From NCBI RefSeq assembly GCF_000143415.4, contig NW_003314277.1:1560083-1624082 (forward strand): DNA of 64,000 nucleotides. The letters run 5' to 3'. A model generated the notes under the pieces. That model worked only from the letters and a program-made list of their open reading frames with translations. It searched no databases and had not been told where the DNA came from. Numbering within the stretch: the first letter of the stretch is position 1; each line of letters starts with the position of its first letter. Positions 11,981 to 24,497 of this stretch are shown here, in pieces. The stretch comes from Selaginella moellendorffii (Eukaryota > Plantae > Lycopodiophyta). Both the position numbers and the translations under genes were made by a program.

Positions 11981-13140
11981 GAGTAAGGGACTTGGACCTT
12001 TGTTTTCCAATAAAACAAATAGTAAATAAATGCTCCCCACGGCGCTCGTCGTCCTGGAAGAAAAGGAGAAGAACAGCTCTGAGTTCTGGCCGAAAGAAAG
12101 CTCGTCTTAGTAGTTCCTCACCTTAATGGCCGCAGGTGTAGCAGTGGCAGTGGTCTTTCTTTCTCGGTCCTGTTCTGTTGGGAAGCTCGCAGCCGAAGTA
12201 TCGGTACAGCCTTCAATCCGAGGTACTGGCTGAGAAACTCAGAGCAACGTATAGTTTTGCAGCACCCGACTATCATCTGTAGAGAACTGTATCAGTAATC
12301 TTCCTAGAAACAAACAAAGAGCTAAAGGATCCTTCCATCCTCTATCGTCGCGGAATGGTTTCGGGTGTCAATCCGGTGCTGCGAATCTTCTCCTCCTCGC
12401 GACTACGTTCTCCGCATGAAATGGTTCCACTTGGCATGGCCGAGTTCCTTTGAAACCCCAGGTTGACGAGGGCGTTTAAGCGCGGCGACGATGAGCGAGC
12501 CCGTCGTCCTCCTCACAGTATTCACGCCTCGTGAGTGACAATGAGCAAAGGCGCCAGACATCAACAAGAAGCGATGCTACAAACTTCGGCATATGCTTTT
12601 TGTGCTACGTCAAGCACAATATGCTGGCTAAATAGTCAAACGGAGTGCCGCTGTAGCACACTCGCTGCTCCACTTCCTCCATCCTATAAATGGTCTCCTC
12701 CAATTCACCACAGAGCAGCAAAGTTTGCGAAAAGACAGAGTACACTTCGAAAGTTTCCTTTACCAGGATCAAGTCCCAGCTGATGCTTCTGGCCATGTTT
12801 GTGACAATCCTCCTGGTTGGAGTGGACATCCAGCAGCCCAGCGGCAATGTAAATCTGGATGGAACTAGGACGGCGACAAGCATCCAGTGTCCCAACGGCT
12901 GGTACTGGTATAACCATCAATGCCTCTCCGCATGAAAATGGAGTGGAAGCAAGTGTAAGACGCCGCCCGAGTGCCTGGTATTGGTATAACAACGATTGCC
13001 ACCGCTGTCCATATGGCTAGAACTAAGTGAGTTAACTCCAGCAAAAAAGAAGTACCTTCCAGTTCCTTATTTCATTGTCCTCAAGATAATGTGCCAGCGT
13101 CTTTGGCAATTGCACCTACTTGTTTTGAATATCAAACCTC

Positions 13141-13600
13141 TCATCGTGCAGCAGCAGCAACCTCGGCAGCAAAATCCTTTTCAAGCCTGGGAAAATGAAG
13201 GCTTGAACTGTAACAAGGACTTACCTTTTTTTCCAGCAGTCGAGGCCTGCAACAACAAAACTGTTCCGCTCATGCTCCAGTGCTTCAGAGTCCACGAGTT
13301 CCTTAGACAAAAACAGCGGCCTTGCAGCAACAACATGCATTGCAAGAGACGAGCCCAAGCTTTTCAGTGTTTCCGAACGCAAGCCCATCTTCAACCTCGA
13401 GCGAAACGAGCCCCGCGAGCAGAGATAAACCTTTCATAATAAATCTGTGAAAAACGAGCAAACAGTGGAATTTACAAGTACCTGATACTCATGTGCAAAT
13501 ACGAGGACACGATTCCTCTTTGCGAAGACATATAGAAAGCTCTTCGAAGTCTCACATTTTCTCCCGTGATAGCGGCAACTTCCGAGACTGCGTCGCGTAC
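13141..13600 (-). pseudogene. Mitochondrial-type elongation factor Ts, C-terminal half (frameshifted)
   Basis: Minus strand reads VRDAVSEVAAITGENVRLRRAF..., LAGLVSLEVED, [frameshift] LAMHVVAARPLFLSKELV, and EKDFAAEVAAAAR*; introns retained. Confidence 0.85.
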
Positions 13601-13704
13601 ACATGGTCCAGCTCCAAGCCCTACCTTGCAATGGCGCGCGGCGACGGCGATTTGTAGGAGCCTGGATTTCCTAGAATAATCGAAATCGTTCTCGGTCGAT
13701 GCTT

Positions 13705-14140
13705 CCTCCTCATCAAGACTCTGCGCGAGCGGACGGGAGCGCCGATCAAGGATGTCAGGTGAAACGAAGGTATGCTCTCGATGAGATTGTGGAAAGGAAG
13801 GGAGAATTATTTTTTTCTTTGGTTTTTTCTATAGAGAATGCCCGAGGAAGAAGGGTCTTGCTGCTGCGACGAAGAAATCTTCTCGTGTGGCTGCGGGAGG
13901 ATTGCTTGGACTGGCACACTTCGAGAGAGGTGCCGCGGTCATAGAGATTAACAGCGAGACTGACATGTTGCTCGAAGCGATCTCTTCCAGAGCCTTGTAA
14001 GTGATGGATGATCTTCTTTGGCTTTAAGTTTTTCTCACTAGTTTTTCCAGGTGCTGTCAGTCGCAAAAGCGGCATCGACATTGAAAGCCGTCCAACAGTT
14101 TTCTTCCAAACCAGCTGCTCTGGATTTGCACGATTTAGAG
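13705..14140 (+). pseudogene. Mitochondrial-type elongation factor Ts, N-terminal half (disrupted)
   Basis: Plus strand reads LLIKTLRERTGAPIKDV, RKKGLAAATKKSSRVAAGGLLGLA and AAVIEINSETD (EF-Ts signature), followed by a frameshift. Confidence 0.85.
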
Positions 14141-14289
14141 GTAAGGCTGCTCTCTCAATGGGAAAGTTTTTCATGTTCGGAAATTTCAAGCTTGCAAATT
14201 TGGAGAGAATTTGATAATTGCCGAGATTCGAACACTCGACGTATTGTTAAAGAGAATTTTGGCTCTTTTTCTTCCCATTTACCTTGTCA

Positions 14290-14575
14290 GCAATGAGCAC
14301 AGTAAAAGTCCCCAGTAAGTCCGAGCCATAGACATGGCCCATTTTCTCGCGCTTGGTTTCCAAGTAGCGCTTGTTCTCGTCAGTGAAAGTGGAGATCACT
14401 GAAATGAGTGATCGCCAAACCATAGCCTTTCAATGCCATATACTTTGCTGGATTGTTTGTCATGAGCTTCATCATTCTAACACCCATGTCCCTTAGAATC
14501 TGTAAAACGAAAGTTCAATCAGTTGCAACGTTATCAAGTGTTTGATCCATTACCTGTGCTCCAATTTTATACACC
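14290..14575 (-). pseudogene. GTP cyclohydrolase II / RIBA C-terminal fragment
   Basis: IGAQ|[30 protein letters not shown], [frameshift] ENKRYLETKREKMGHVYG; intron retained. Confidence 0.85.
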
Positions 14576-14719
14576 TGCAAAGCCTGCTTCCACAATGTTA
14601 CAGCCCTCATCCTCTTTCTCAATTTGCATCATCATGATTTCGAGCTGGTTGTGCAGTCGCATCTCTCAGCACTGAAAACGTCCCCATTGCCCTAGAAGAA
14701 TTTTTTAAGTTGAGTGTAT

Positions 14720-15300
14720 GGAAAAGAGTGTTTTTCATGGTACTAAAGTGGGGCACCACACCATTTAAGTTGGGAGCACTGTTATCAATTTCCTTTCTGG
14801 GAGCTTCTTTAGCATTTCTCAAGCCTATGCTCATTCCTACCCAATGTTATTCACCCTTAATTTCAATCCCAACCCAATGTTATTCACCCTTAATTTCAAT
14901 CCCAACTCGATTTTAAAATATAATTGGAAAAGTTTCTAATACTAGGTCTTTAGCTTCACTATCTTTATTATACTTTTGGAACTTTTTGCATCCTTCCCTT
15001 TTAGAAGGATGATCACTTTGAGCTTTTAACCCATAACCTATATTAGTACTTGTATTCAGCATTGGTTTTAGAATTCAGTAAAAAAGCTTAGTCTCAAACT
15101 TAATCTTAAATCTTGGATTTGATTTTAGACTTTAGACTCAACTTAGATTTGAATTTGGACTTGATTTTGGATATAGTCTTGAATTCAATTTTGGACACAA
15201 TCTTAAACTCAGTTTTGGACTTGGTTTTATTCAATGAATTCTTTACTATTTTAATTGTGATTTTAAGGGATCCTCTAGCCTATAACATTTCGGTGAGTTA
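14720..15300 (-). mobile_element. Decayed solo LTR related to 52480-53348 and to the 54759 LTR family
   Basis: Shares aagtggggcaccac, ctttattatacttttggaac, a decayed GACTC(A/G)-type tandem array and gatcctYtagcctataaca with 52720-53330. Confidence 0.6.
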
Positions 15301-18300
15301 GTTTTTTACAGACTTAAGCTTAAGTTGGATGTAGAATAAGGAGTAACACATGTTTTAGGTGGTTGTCTATACTTCTGACAACTATCCCTACTATAGAACC
15401 TTATATAAATAAATATGGTAATGATGAAAATCATAATAAACTTGAGACTAAAGTCTAAATTTTCAATAACAATCACATCTAATATAGTGCACCTCAATTT
15501 ATACGTATATAGATTTGAATTTGGCCTTTATACTTAAGGATTACACAAAATAGTTATTTACTTAAATTTTAAAAAATTATTTAAATTGATTTTTTATTCT
15601 AAAAAGTCTTTGCTTTCAGTCAAAATAGTGAATTTAAAATTAAAATTTTGATACTTTTTATAATATTAATAATTTAATATTATATATTTTAACATTCTCA
15701 ATCAAAACTATTATTAGTATTTTTCTTGAGAGAATTTCAGCAATGCATCCCCAATTTCCTCACAAGTGCACGAGCACCAAACGCCATCACTATAACAAAT
15801 ACGCCACCAACAATATATTTTTATACAGTTTCAGAAAACTTTATCAAGATAAAAGATTTATATGATTTCCATATTTATTTCTTGATATCCATTAAATAAA
15901 ATAAAAATATTTATTTATTAAAAAATTAATATATACATATATTATGAAAACGAATCAAAAGCCAACTACAAATCTTCATCAAATGAATCACCACTTTAGA
16001 ATCGTTTTTGCCAAAGGAAAAGATCACTAAGATCCCAATGGTTTTTCCATTATTAAAGGAATAAATTAAAATTTATGACCTGGGGAGAAAATACACTTTC
16101 ATTAATGAGCTTTGCTACTAAAGAGTCATTGAATTATATGTCCTAGTTTCTTTTTTATGAGTTAGAAAGTTTTAAATGTGACAATACCACAAAAAGATTT
16201 TTTTTACTTAGTTAGGGTTCTATATGCTTTTATTAGGATTTTATGTGGATAAAATAGTGTGGTCAGGACATTATCTGAGGTGAGAATTGATGCTAAAGTA
16301 AAAGAATACAAGATTTGGATCTAAGGATGTGTAAAGTTACAATTCTAGGGTTATTGTACATAAGTTTTAAGTTTCAAATAGGTCAAAAAATAATAAATTT
16401 AATAATCCTAGCCATTCAAAATTATTGAGTGAATAAATAATATAAAATATAAACTAAAGCTTTTAGAAAGTATGCATGTGCAAATTTGAAGGACTTAATT
16501 AAGAGTAAAATTATTTTGAATGTGGTCCAGTAAAAAAATTATAATTTTTTATTCAGTTTTCTTATAATAAAAAATATTATAATATGGTAATACTTATAAT
16601 CATGATAAATATTATAAAGATAATAATATATAAATTATTAAATTAATTTATAAAAACTATTTAAGCCAAATTTTTTATTTATTTATTTTTGCTACATGCC
16701 CTTACCACTATAATAGATAGCATGATGGATTAAAGGAGAAAAGATAACCAAAACTAAAAAGTATTTGATAAAATGACAAGTATATTGTATCAATATAGAT
16801 AATATTTAAATGGATTATAACTTTTTTTATATATTTATAAAAAAATTATGATAATCAAATGATGATTATGTGTTTAGTGGAGGTATATAGATGTTCTAGT
16901 GTAGTAAATAATTCAATCATATTGGAATAGAATGTATGTTTAAATTATTTAAACGCATAATTCAGAAAATAATGTTGGTCGCAACTTTGTTATCAAGGTA
17001 TATATAAACTTGGCTTATATATCAATATATGTTTAGTTTTTATACACATTAATACTAAATATTAATTCTTTATGTGCCATAATATTGTAATTCACATTAA
17101 TTTATTTGCCACATCAATGTAAATGTAAGTGATTAAATTTTCTATTTTACTTTAGTCACTTATCTACAGTTTAGGAATCTCATTCACAACCTTTATAAAT
17201 CCTCATCCCAACTTAGAGTCATTAATATGACTTTAAAGTTAGCTTCAAATTCACATTAACTCTACATATAGTTTAAATATTCCATGTGTCTAAATCCCAC
17301 CTCAAACACTTAAAAGTATTAATAATATATCAACATTTTACACTAAAGCCATGTTCATTGTCACTATCTCATTAGTAATCCATTACCACAAACCCATCCC
17401 TCCAATCTATTTTATGAATGGCCATCTTATGACCACTAATTAGCATATTTAGAATGCTTTAAGATGTAGAAAATCACTATCCTCCAATGTATTTTCCTTG
17501 ATTCCACTAAATTCCTTTCCAATTAAGATAATTCTCACTAATATTTGCCATGCTTGAAGACTTGTCTACTAAGTCATATTAACTTTTGAGATTTCCTCAC
17601 CATATAACAATTAGTGGAAGGATAGGTCATTAGGAACAAGCAATTGCAATTGCAATGATATATTGAATCCATTGAGCTTTGTGCATTAGTGCTTTTGGGA
17701 ATTATACATTTAATTTACTTTCACCTATAAGAGTGAAAAGTTCACTTTAACTTTGGACTCCTTAATATTTATATCATTATCTATTGCATGAGTACAATAG
17801 CTTTTAGTCACATTGACTCATGTAGAGTCCTCCCCCAATTATCTCATAAGGATTTACCAAACCCCTCAAGTTTTGGGAGATGATTACTTTAGGCTTCACT
17901 TTAGAGATATATCAGACTCCAAATATATTTTACCCTAAATATATTTGATATTTCACACACTTTGGGGAAGATGATTTTAACATTGTTCCACTTCTAGTCC
18001 TTGGGTTTAATTTTTAAGTATTAATTATTTTTTTATCCCTTTCTTAAAACTACCATTTCATATTCACTCCTTAAATGTTTCTTTAGGAATTCCCTTCCCA
18101 CTCTTGACTTTTTAAGTCAGAGCTTCATTTTGGATCTTTAGCTAGAAATAATTGTTATGACTCATGGAGTATGAGCTAAGTTCTTGAACTTGTCAAACAT
18201 AGTTTTAAGCTTTTTAGTTTAAACTTCTTGGAACCCTTATTTATGAACACTTTCTCTATTATTGAATTCTAATAAATCTCTTTTTTTCCTTTTGATTGCT

Positions 18301-19583
18301 TTACACTTTCTTGCAAGTTCATGTTTTTGTAAATAGAATCTACCCATGGCTTTCTTAAGAAACCCTTTTTTTTTTTAATATATTCTACTACTTAGGTTTA
18401 GCTCAGGTAAAATAAATTAAATTGCTAAATCCTTGAGGCGAGAGAGCGGCGATCTCTTGTGACTTGCTGGGAAGACACCGCAGGTAATGACAATGCATCC
18501 CGGAAGAAGCAAGCGATTGCGCTAAGAACTCCTACATTATTGGCAAGCTAGGATACAATCAATCCTTTGCTTCTCTTCCTTTTCTTGCGAGATAGAGAAA
18601 TGCTTCCTTCCTCTGGCAGATCAAGCAGAGCACCACGACGAGGTTTTATTGACCCACGAGCGCTGATGAAAATCATCGGCACAAAGATGGGTTTCATCTG
18701 AAGATCGTCTCAAGTAGGTTTAAAGTTCTTCCTACCATTGGGGTGCTAACGTATATAGTGTGATTCTTTTAGCCAACTAATAGAGTCAAATTTAAAACTT
18801 CTTTAATACTAGATATAAGCTCTTTACTTTGGACTTTTTAAAAATTCATTCATTTTAGTATTATTTAAATTAATAATCACATAGTTTTTATAATGTTAAA
18901 ACCTTTAATCAGTTTGGAAAAAGGTGAACTTTTGTTCATACGCCATTTCCCTCTATTAGTAAACCTTGATAGGTCTTTCTTAGGTTTTTCTCTTTGGCTA
19001 TTTACAATGGCCATTATACCTTTAATTGCATAGATATCCTGTAAATCATACAATTTAATAATTACTCCCTCTCCATATCTTCACTCAAGCTTTTGACTTT
19101 ATATATGTTATTGTTCTGCATACACAACTTGAGTGCATGTTGCAAATGAGGATATCAAACTTCCATTTCTTCCACTTGATAGCGTTGTAAACTTCTGAGA
19201 TTTTGTCAAGCACACTAACATTGATATATTTGTTGATGAGGATGTTAAGAGTTATCTTTAATGGCTTTAAGCAATAGCTTATCATCTATGGCAAGTGTGA
19301 CTTTTTTTGCTTGTCAATCAAGATTGTTGAAGAGAACTATATTTGGCTTGATTTCAACATTTTGAAAGAGTCATAAGATTGCCTAGTAGTCCCTAGCTCT
19401 TGAGTAATGGTTGTGATTACGCCAAACAAGACCAAGTTGGTTTTTTAGTTGTTCTTCTGCATTATTTGATAGAGATCTATGGTTTGTTCTAATGCTACTC
19501 TATCTCAATCTTAGGGCAAGTGCCAAAGAAGCATTTAAGCAAGTCCAAGACTCTATGATAAATAATTTTTTAAATTTATTTTT

Positions 19584-19585
<2 letters not shown>

Positions 19586-19647
<62 letters not shown>
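19586..19647. repeat. (TA)n microsatellite
   Basis: About 31 TA units. Confidence 0.95.
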
Positions 19648-19650
<3 letters not shown>

Positions 19651-20243
19651 TCTCAATATATTCAAATTAATTACTGTAAACTATAATGTTAAATTAGTAA
19701 TAAATTATTGAGCTTTGCAGCAGAACTTCATTTGTGTGCCATTATTTGTTTCAATTCTTGTTTAATCATACTGTAGTATATTTTTTATTAATTCAATCCA
19801 GATCTTATCATTGAATAAAATAATCAAAATCTCATTAATCATTAATTTCAGAAAATAGTGTTAACTGTCAATATATTATAAACATGTATATAATTTATAA
19901 ACACAAGATTAATCTCTTCTTTGAGAATTTGCATTTGGTATTCATATACAACATTGCTTTCTTTCTGCTAATTATACACAATCTACAACTCCCACGTCAG
20001 GTGAAATTCCAAAATCAAGACACATAGATCATAAAAACAGCAGGTCTGACTGATCGATCCAGATATCCTTCAATTGATAGGCACACATTCATGTCCATAT
20101 TTCTCCTCGAGTTTTAGTCACTTCACCTATAGACAAAGTATTTGACGAGGCAAAGTCAGTTTAAAAATAAGCCAAAGCTCAAAATCGTTTTATTTTTAAT
20201 TAGCCTTTACGCTCTAGGGTTTTGGGACTGGCTTGCTTGAAGA

Positions 20244-23174
20244 ATGCTTCACGAGCTCCTGCTAGCGCTGGTCGGATGCACTGGCGATGTGTTCATCGAT
20301 GCTGACGAGGAGGATCGGCGCCTTGGATTCAAGGACGGTAGCAGGCACTACGCACAGGATGATCCTGACGGGGCGAGCAGCGATGAATGTACGTTCCGGA
20401 TTGCGCCGGATCTTCAGTTCTTGCGGCCGTCTGAGAGGTTTGTGCGGAGAAATCTTGTGTTCTTTGCCTTGATCGCTGAAAATCCAGGGAAATTCTCGAG
20501 CGGCTGCTACGGCTGGGGTTTTACTACCGGGAGCTGGATCGCTTCGCGTTGAAGTCGCGAAATCTTAGCTGGATTGGAGCTCTCCAGGATTCCAAGGCTG
20601 TCGTCCAGCAGCACAGCGTCTACCAGAGAGCAGTGGCGAATGGAGTGACCGAGGTTCTTGCCAAGTATCGATCGGCAGTTCTTACGCTGGAGAAAAATAT
20701 TCTGGCTGATCCATTGCCGGTTTTGGCCATCGTCACCCAGTGCCTCAAGCAAGTAGGAACTTTGTCTCTTTGGTTTTTGCTTGTCGTCTGACTTTAGAGC
20801 AGTTTGATTTGTTGTTGCCTCCACTACATGCTTTGGTCCGAGAGGTGGAATCAAAGAAGCTAAGGGGTGGAAAGCTCTTAAATTTTTTGCATGAAAGGTC
20901 TCACTGCGGCATCCCGGAACTCCAGACATGGATCCAAAGGTGAGGGAAATAGTTTTGAGGAAGAGGTTTTCGCTTTACTTTTGTTTCGTTTTACAGATTA
21001 CTATGGCAAGCACACCAGGTTATGTATCGCCAGCTTTCGGGGTGGATGGTATATGGTCTTCTTCAGGATCAAAATCAAGAGTTTTTTATAAGCAGGTATT
21101 CTTGTGCTACTCACAATGACGTTCTGATTCTTTACTGGCAGGACTCAAGACGAGCAGACGAAAGCGGACATAGATGCGTCCGAGCCACCAGCAAATAAAT
21201 CCAAGTCTGGGCGTGGCACTGAAGATGCCAATATGATCGACTGGCACACCGGATATTGTGTTCGACTGGTATGCATTATAGCGTCTTGTGTTCGACTGTC
21301 ACATATCTTGTAATTTGTATAGGACATGCTACCAGATTACATCCAATTACCAGTAGCGGAGTCTATTTTATTTGTCGGCAAAGCAGTGAGAGTTCTTCGT
21401 AATCCAAGTGCTTCGTCGTCTTTTACGAAACAGTACTCATTCAGTGGAGCGTACGAAGGACCTGAACTTCTACCTAAAGAAGAGGCTGAAAAGATTGGCT
21501 CACTGCTTCGCGAGCTTCAGGTACTTTTGCCATTACTCCAGTTTTCCCCATTGCTTGATGGTTTACTTTTTTAGGAAAGACCACTATTCCACAAACTTTC
21601 TTTTGAACGTTCTATTGATTCTATACGCACTATCGCGGCCACACATCTTTGGAAGGTATGAGTAGTTTTTTCAATCCAAGTTGTCCTTTTTTATCTGGTT
21701 CTTGCAGCTTGTGGTAGTTCACGCGGATTTGGTTGGCCATTTGAAAGCCTTCAAAGACTATTTTCTTCTTGCTAAGGGAGATTTTTTCCAGGTACGTGAG
21801 CTAATGTATTGCCTTCGTACTGACTGTTTGATTGGCAGTGTTTTCTGGAAGAGAGCCGATCTTTGATGAAGCTTCCTCCTAGGCCATCGACGGCAGAGGC
21901 AGATCTCAAAGCACCTTTTCAGCAGGTATTAGAAAACATCTTTTGCAATCAATAATGTTTAAAATCACGGCACAGGCTGCAGTAAAGACAATAGGCGACG
22001 AGGACAAGTACTTCTCGCGAGTTACCTTAAGGTAAAGCTTTTAATTGATGCTGGTGCTTGTTAACGTGTTTAACCATGTCCAGGATGCCACTGTTAGCAA
22101 ACTCTGGACTCCCTCCTTCACAGGTGGAGGTCAAGCAAAGGTCCAGCATCGATGCACTATCGGACGTTGCGGTTGGACCTTCTTATGATGGGTGGGATGG
22201 CATTGCGCTGGAATATAGCATCGACTGGCCGCTGCAGCTTCTGTTCAATCGAGAAGTTTTGGCCAAGTAGGTCCTATAACATCTTTCACGGTCTTACAAG
22301 GTTTATTGCAGATACAGCAAGGTGTTCCAGTATCTACTTCGTTTGAAGCGGATTCAGCTTGAGCTCGAGAAATCTTGGGCAAAAGCCATGCAGCGTGATC
22401 GAAGGGAATCCCGAGGCCGTCAGAAAAACCACAAGAAGGATGATCCCAAAGTTTCGGGTATGCCTACTTGGAGGCTTCGACAACATATGGCCTACTTGAT
22501 AACAAATCTACAGTTCTACATACAGGTAAGAGATTCAACAGAACTCATGATCGAAATGTTCTTAATTCGCTCAGGTGGATGTCATCGAGTCTCAATGGAA
22601 TTTGCTGCAAGAGCGCGTTCAGGCATCAAAAGATTTTACAGAATTGGCTCGATTTCATCAAGAGTAACGTTCTTTGCAGATTCTGAAATGTTTTTAGCTT
22701 GATCTTTCTGCAGGTACTTGTCAGCTTTAATATCTCAGTCTTTTCTAGATATTGGTTCAGTGTCTAGGATACTGGATAGCATCATCAAATTATGCCTGCA
22801 GTTGTGCCGCATCATGGAACATCAAGATGCCACTTCGAGTTCTACAGCTGCTGAGCTGGATCAAATAACGGAGGTAAGTTTGTTTAAAATTAGGAAGTTT
22901 TGATAATCGCAATGTTTGTTTGTTCAGGAGTTCAACAAGAAGTCGAACTCTCTTTACACAATTTTGCGAAGTAGTAAACTGGCAGGAAGCCAGCGAGCAC
23001 CATTCTTGAGGCAGTTTCTTCTACGTTTAAACTACAACTCTTTCTTTGAGGTAGGCTATTCTTTTCAAACTCTTACTTACGGAGGTGCAAATTTTGCGTC
23101 TACAGTCGACTGCAAGAGGTGCTCTAAATGTAATTCGCCCTCGTCTTCCTTCTGCTACTACCACTCTTCATTGA
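20244..23174 (+). CDS. GCP4: Gamma-tubulin complex component 4, multi-exon
   Basis: Starts MLHELLLALVGCTGDVF; contains LPDYIQLPVAESILFVGKAVRVL, KDYFLLAKGDFFQ and LITNLQFYIQ|VDVIESQW; near the end RAPFLRQFLLRLNYNSFF; many ~50-bp GT-AG introns. Confidence 0.95.
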
Positions 23175-23191
23175 GGCACTTTTAAATTGGA

Positions 23192-24241
23192 TTACAAGTG
23201 ATTGTGGCGCCTGAAGAGCAGGCAACCAAACTTGATAAAGGAACTAATCTCGTTGAGGTCTCCCAGGTCTTTAGAATCGCAAGCGCGCTCTATATCGTCG
23301 ACGATTTCTTCTTTGACTTGCCTGCTCTTCATTCCAAGCGGATGGCACGCTTCATTCCGCTTCTTCCTCTCACAGGTAAGGAACTTAGCCATCTTGCTTC
23401 TTATATACTGAACGTCTTGCATGTCATAGCCGGCTTCACTGGCTTCCAGATAGAACTCTGCCTCCGCCGCCTCGAGCGCATCAGTCAAGGCTGGATCCAC
23501 AGCCTCGTTGGCGGATTCCTTGGCAACCACATGCATCAGTAAGTCCTCGTAAGTCCCGTGCTTGAATTTCTTGTTCCGGAATGGCCCTTTCCCAAACAGC
23601 TGCCTGTATGCATCAGCATGCTCCCGACGCTCGCGTTTGCTCCCCCTCCTCGCGCTGCTTGCAGCAGCATTCTCTTCGCACACGACTGCTTGCTCGCTTG
23701 AATCGCCACTGCCCTCGCTCTGGATAGTCTCGATGACTGACGAGATGTGGTTGTGCATGACTCTGGACAGCATGGAGCGGACCTCGGCCAGGATCTCAAA
23801 CGCTGCCACTCCTCGCGGTGAGCCAACTTTCGACCAGTAGAGCTCCATGTTTTGCTTCTGGAACCATTCCTTCATGGGCTGGAGCTCTTTAATCTCCCGG
23901 CTCTGCTGTTCCAGGATCGCCGCCTGTGCCTCGAGCTCCTTGGCCTGGACCTCCACTCGCTCCTGGAGCGTGGTGACGCTCCGGCCCAGCGATCGGAGAT
24001 CGTCGCTGCCATCCGGGGCCGTGTACTTGCTGATGGCGATGAAGGTGAGCTCCTTGGAGGGGGAGTGCGTGAGGCTCCGGGGAGAGAGGGGCCTCTTTTC
24101 GGATCGATACACCTCGAGGAATGGGTCGTGGAGAGCTTCTTGCCGGATCTCATCCCTGCTCACGCTTCTCACTTGGCCCAGCACGGAGAAGCCTCGCTTG
24201 GGAGACACCGAGTGCCGCGGGCTTGAGACCCGAGATGCCAT
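23192..24241 (-). CDS. Intronless 349-aa protein: Ser/Pro-rich N-terminus, coiled coil, helical C-terminal domain with HEPN-like RNxxxH motif
   Basis: Long open frame; coiled coil TTLQERVEVQAKELEAQAAILEQQSREIKEL; C-terminal ERKKRNEACHP. Confidence 0.75.
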   Translation of the reverse strand: MASRVSSPRHSVSPKRGFSVLGQVRSVSRDEIRQEALHDPFLEVYRSEKRPLSPRSLTHSPSKELTFIAISKYTAPDGSDDLRSLGRSVTTLQERVEVQAKELEAQAAILEQQSREIKELQPMKEWFQKQNMELYWSKVGSPRGVAAFEILAEVRSMLSRVMHNHISSVIETIQSEGSGDSSEQAVVCEENAAASSARRGSKRERREHADAYRQLFGKGPFRNKKFKHGTYEDLLMHVVAKESANEAVDPALTDALEAAEAEFYLEASEAGYDMQDVQYIRSKMAKFLTCERKKRNEACHPLGMKSRQVKEEIVDDIERACDSKDLGDLNEISSFIKFGCLLFRRHNHL

Positions 24242-24364
24242 GGAAGAAGAGCGCGAAAGAGCGCGGTTGGTTTGAATTTAAGTGGAGAATCTTGTGAACA
24301 TAGATTCGAATATTCGAGTGGAACTCGAATACTTCTCTTTTCTAAACGATGACTCGAGGCGGAG

Positions 24365-24497
24365 AAACAAGATGGCTAGGTTCCTTCCCTGTTGAACGTG
24401 CCATCCGCTTGGAATGAAGAGCAGGCAAGAGCGCGATTTGGGAGACCTCAACGAGATTAGTTCCTTCATCAAGTTTGGTTGCAATCACTTGTAATCC
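24365..24497 (+). repeat. Inverted, internally deleted copy of the 3' end of the 23192-24241 gene
   Basis: caagatggctaggttcctt...gtgccatccgcttggaatgaagagcaggcaag...gggagacctcaacgagattagttcctt...caatcacttgtaatcc matches the reverse complement of 23188-23400. Confidence 0.9.

Noticed and set aside
15700-15830. Short Cys-rich minus-strand frame (CIKIYCWWRICYSDGVWCSCTC)
   Set aside because: No start codon or supporting exon found.
16100-19500. AT-rich region with hints of decayed retroelement sequence
   Set aside because: Too degenerate to assign by eye.
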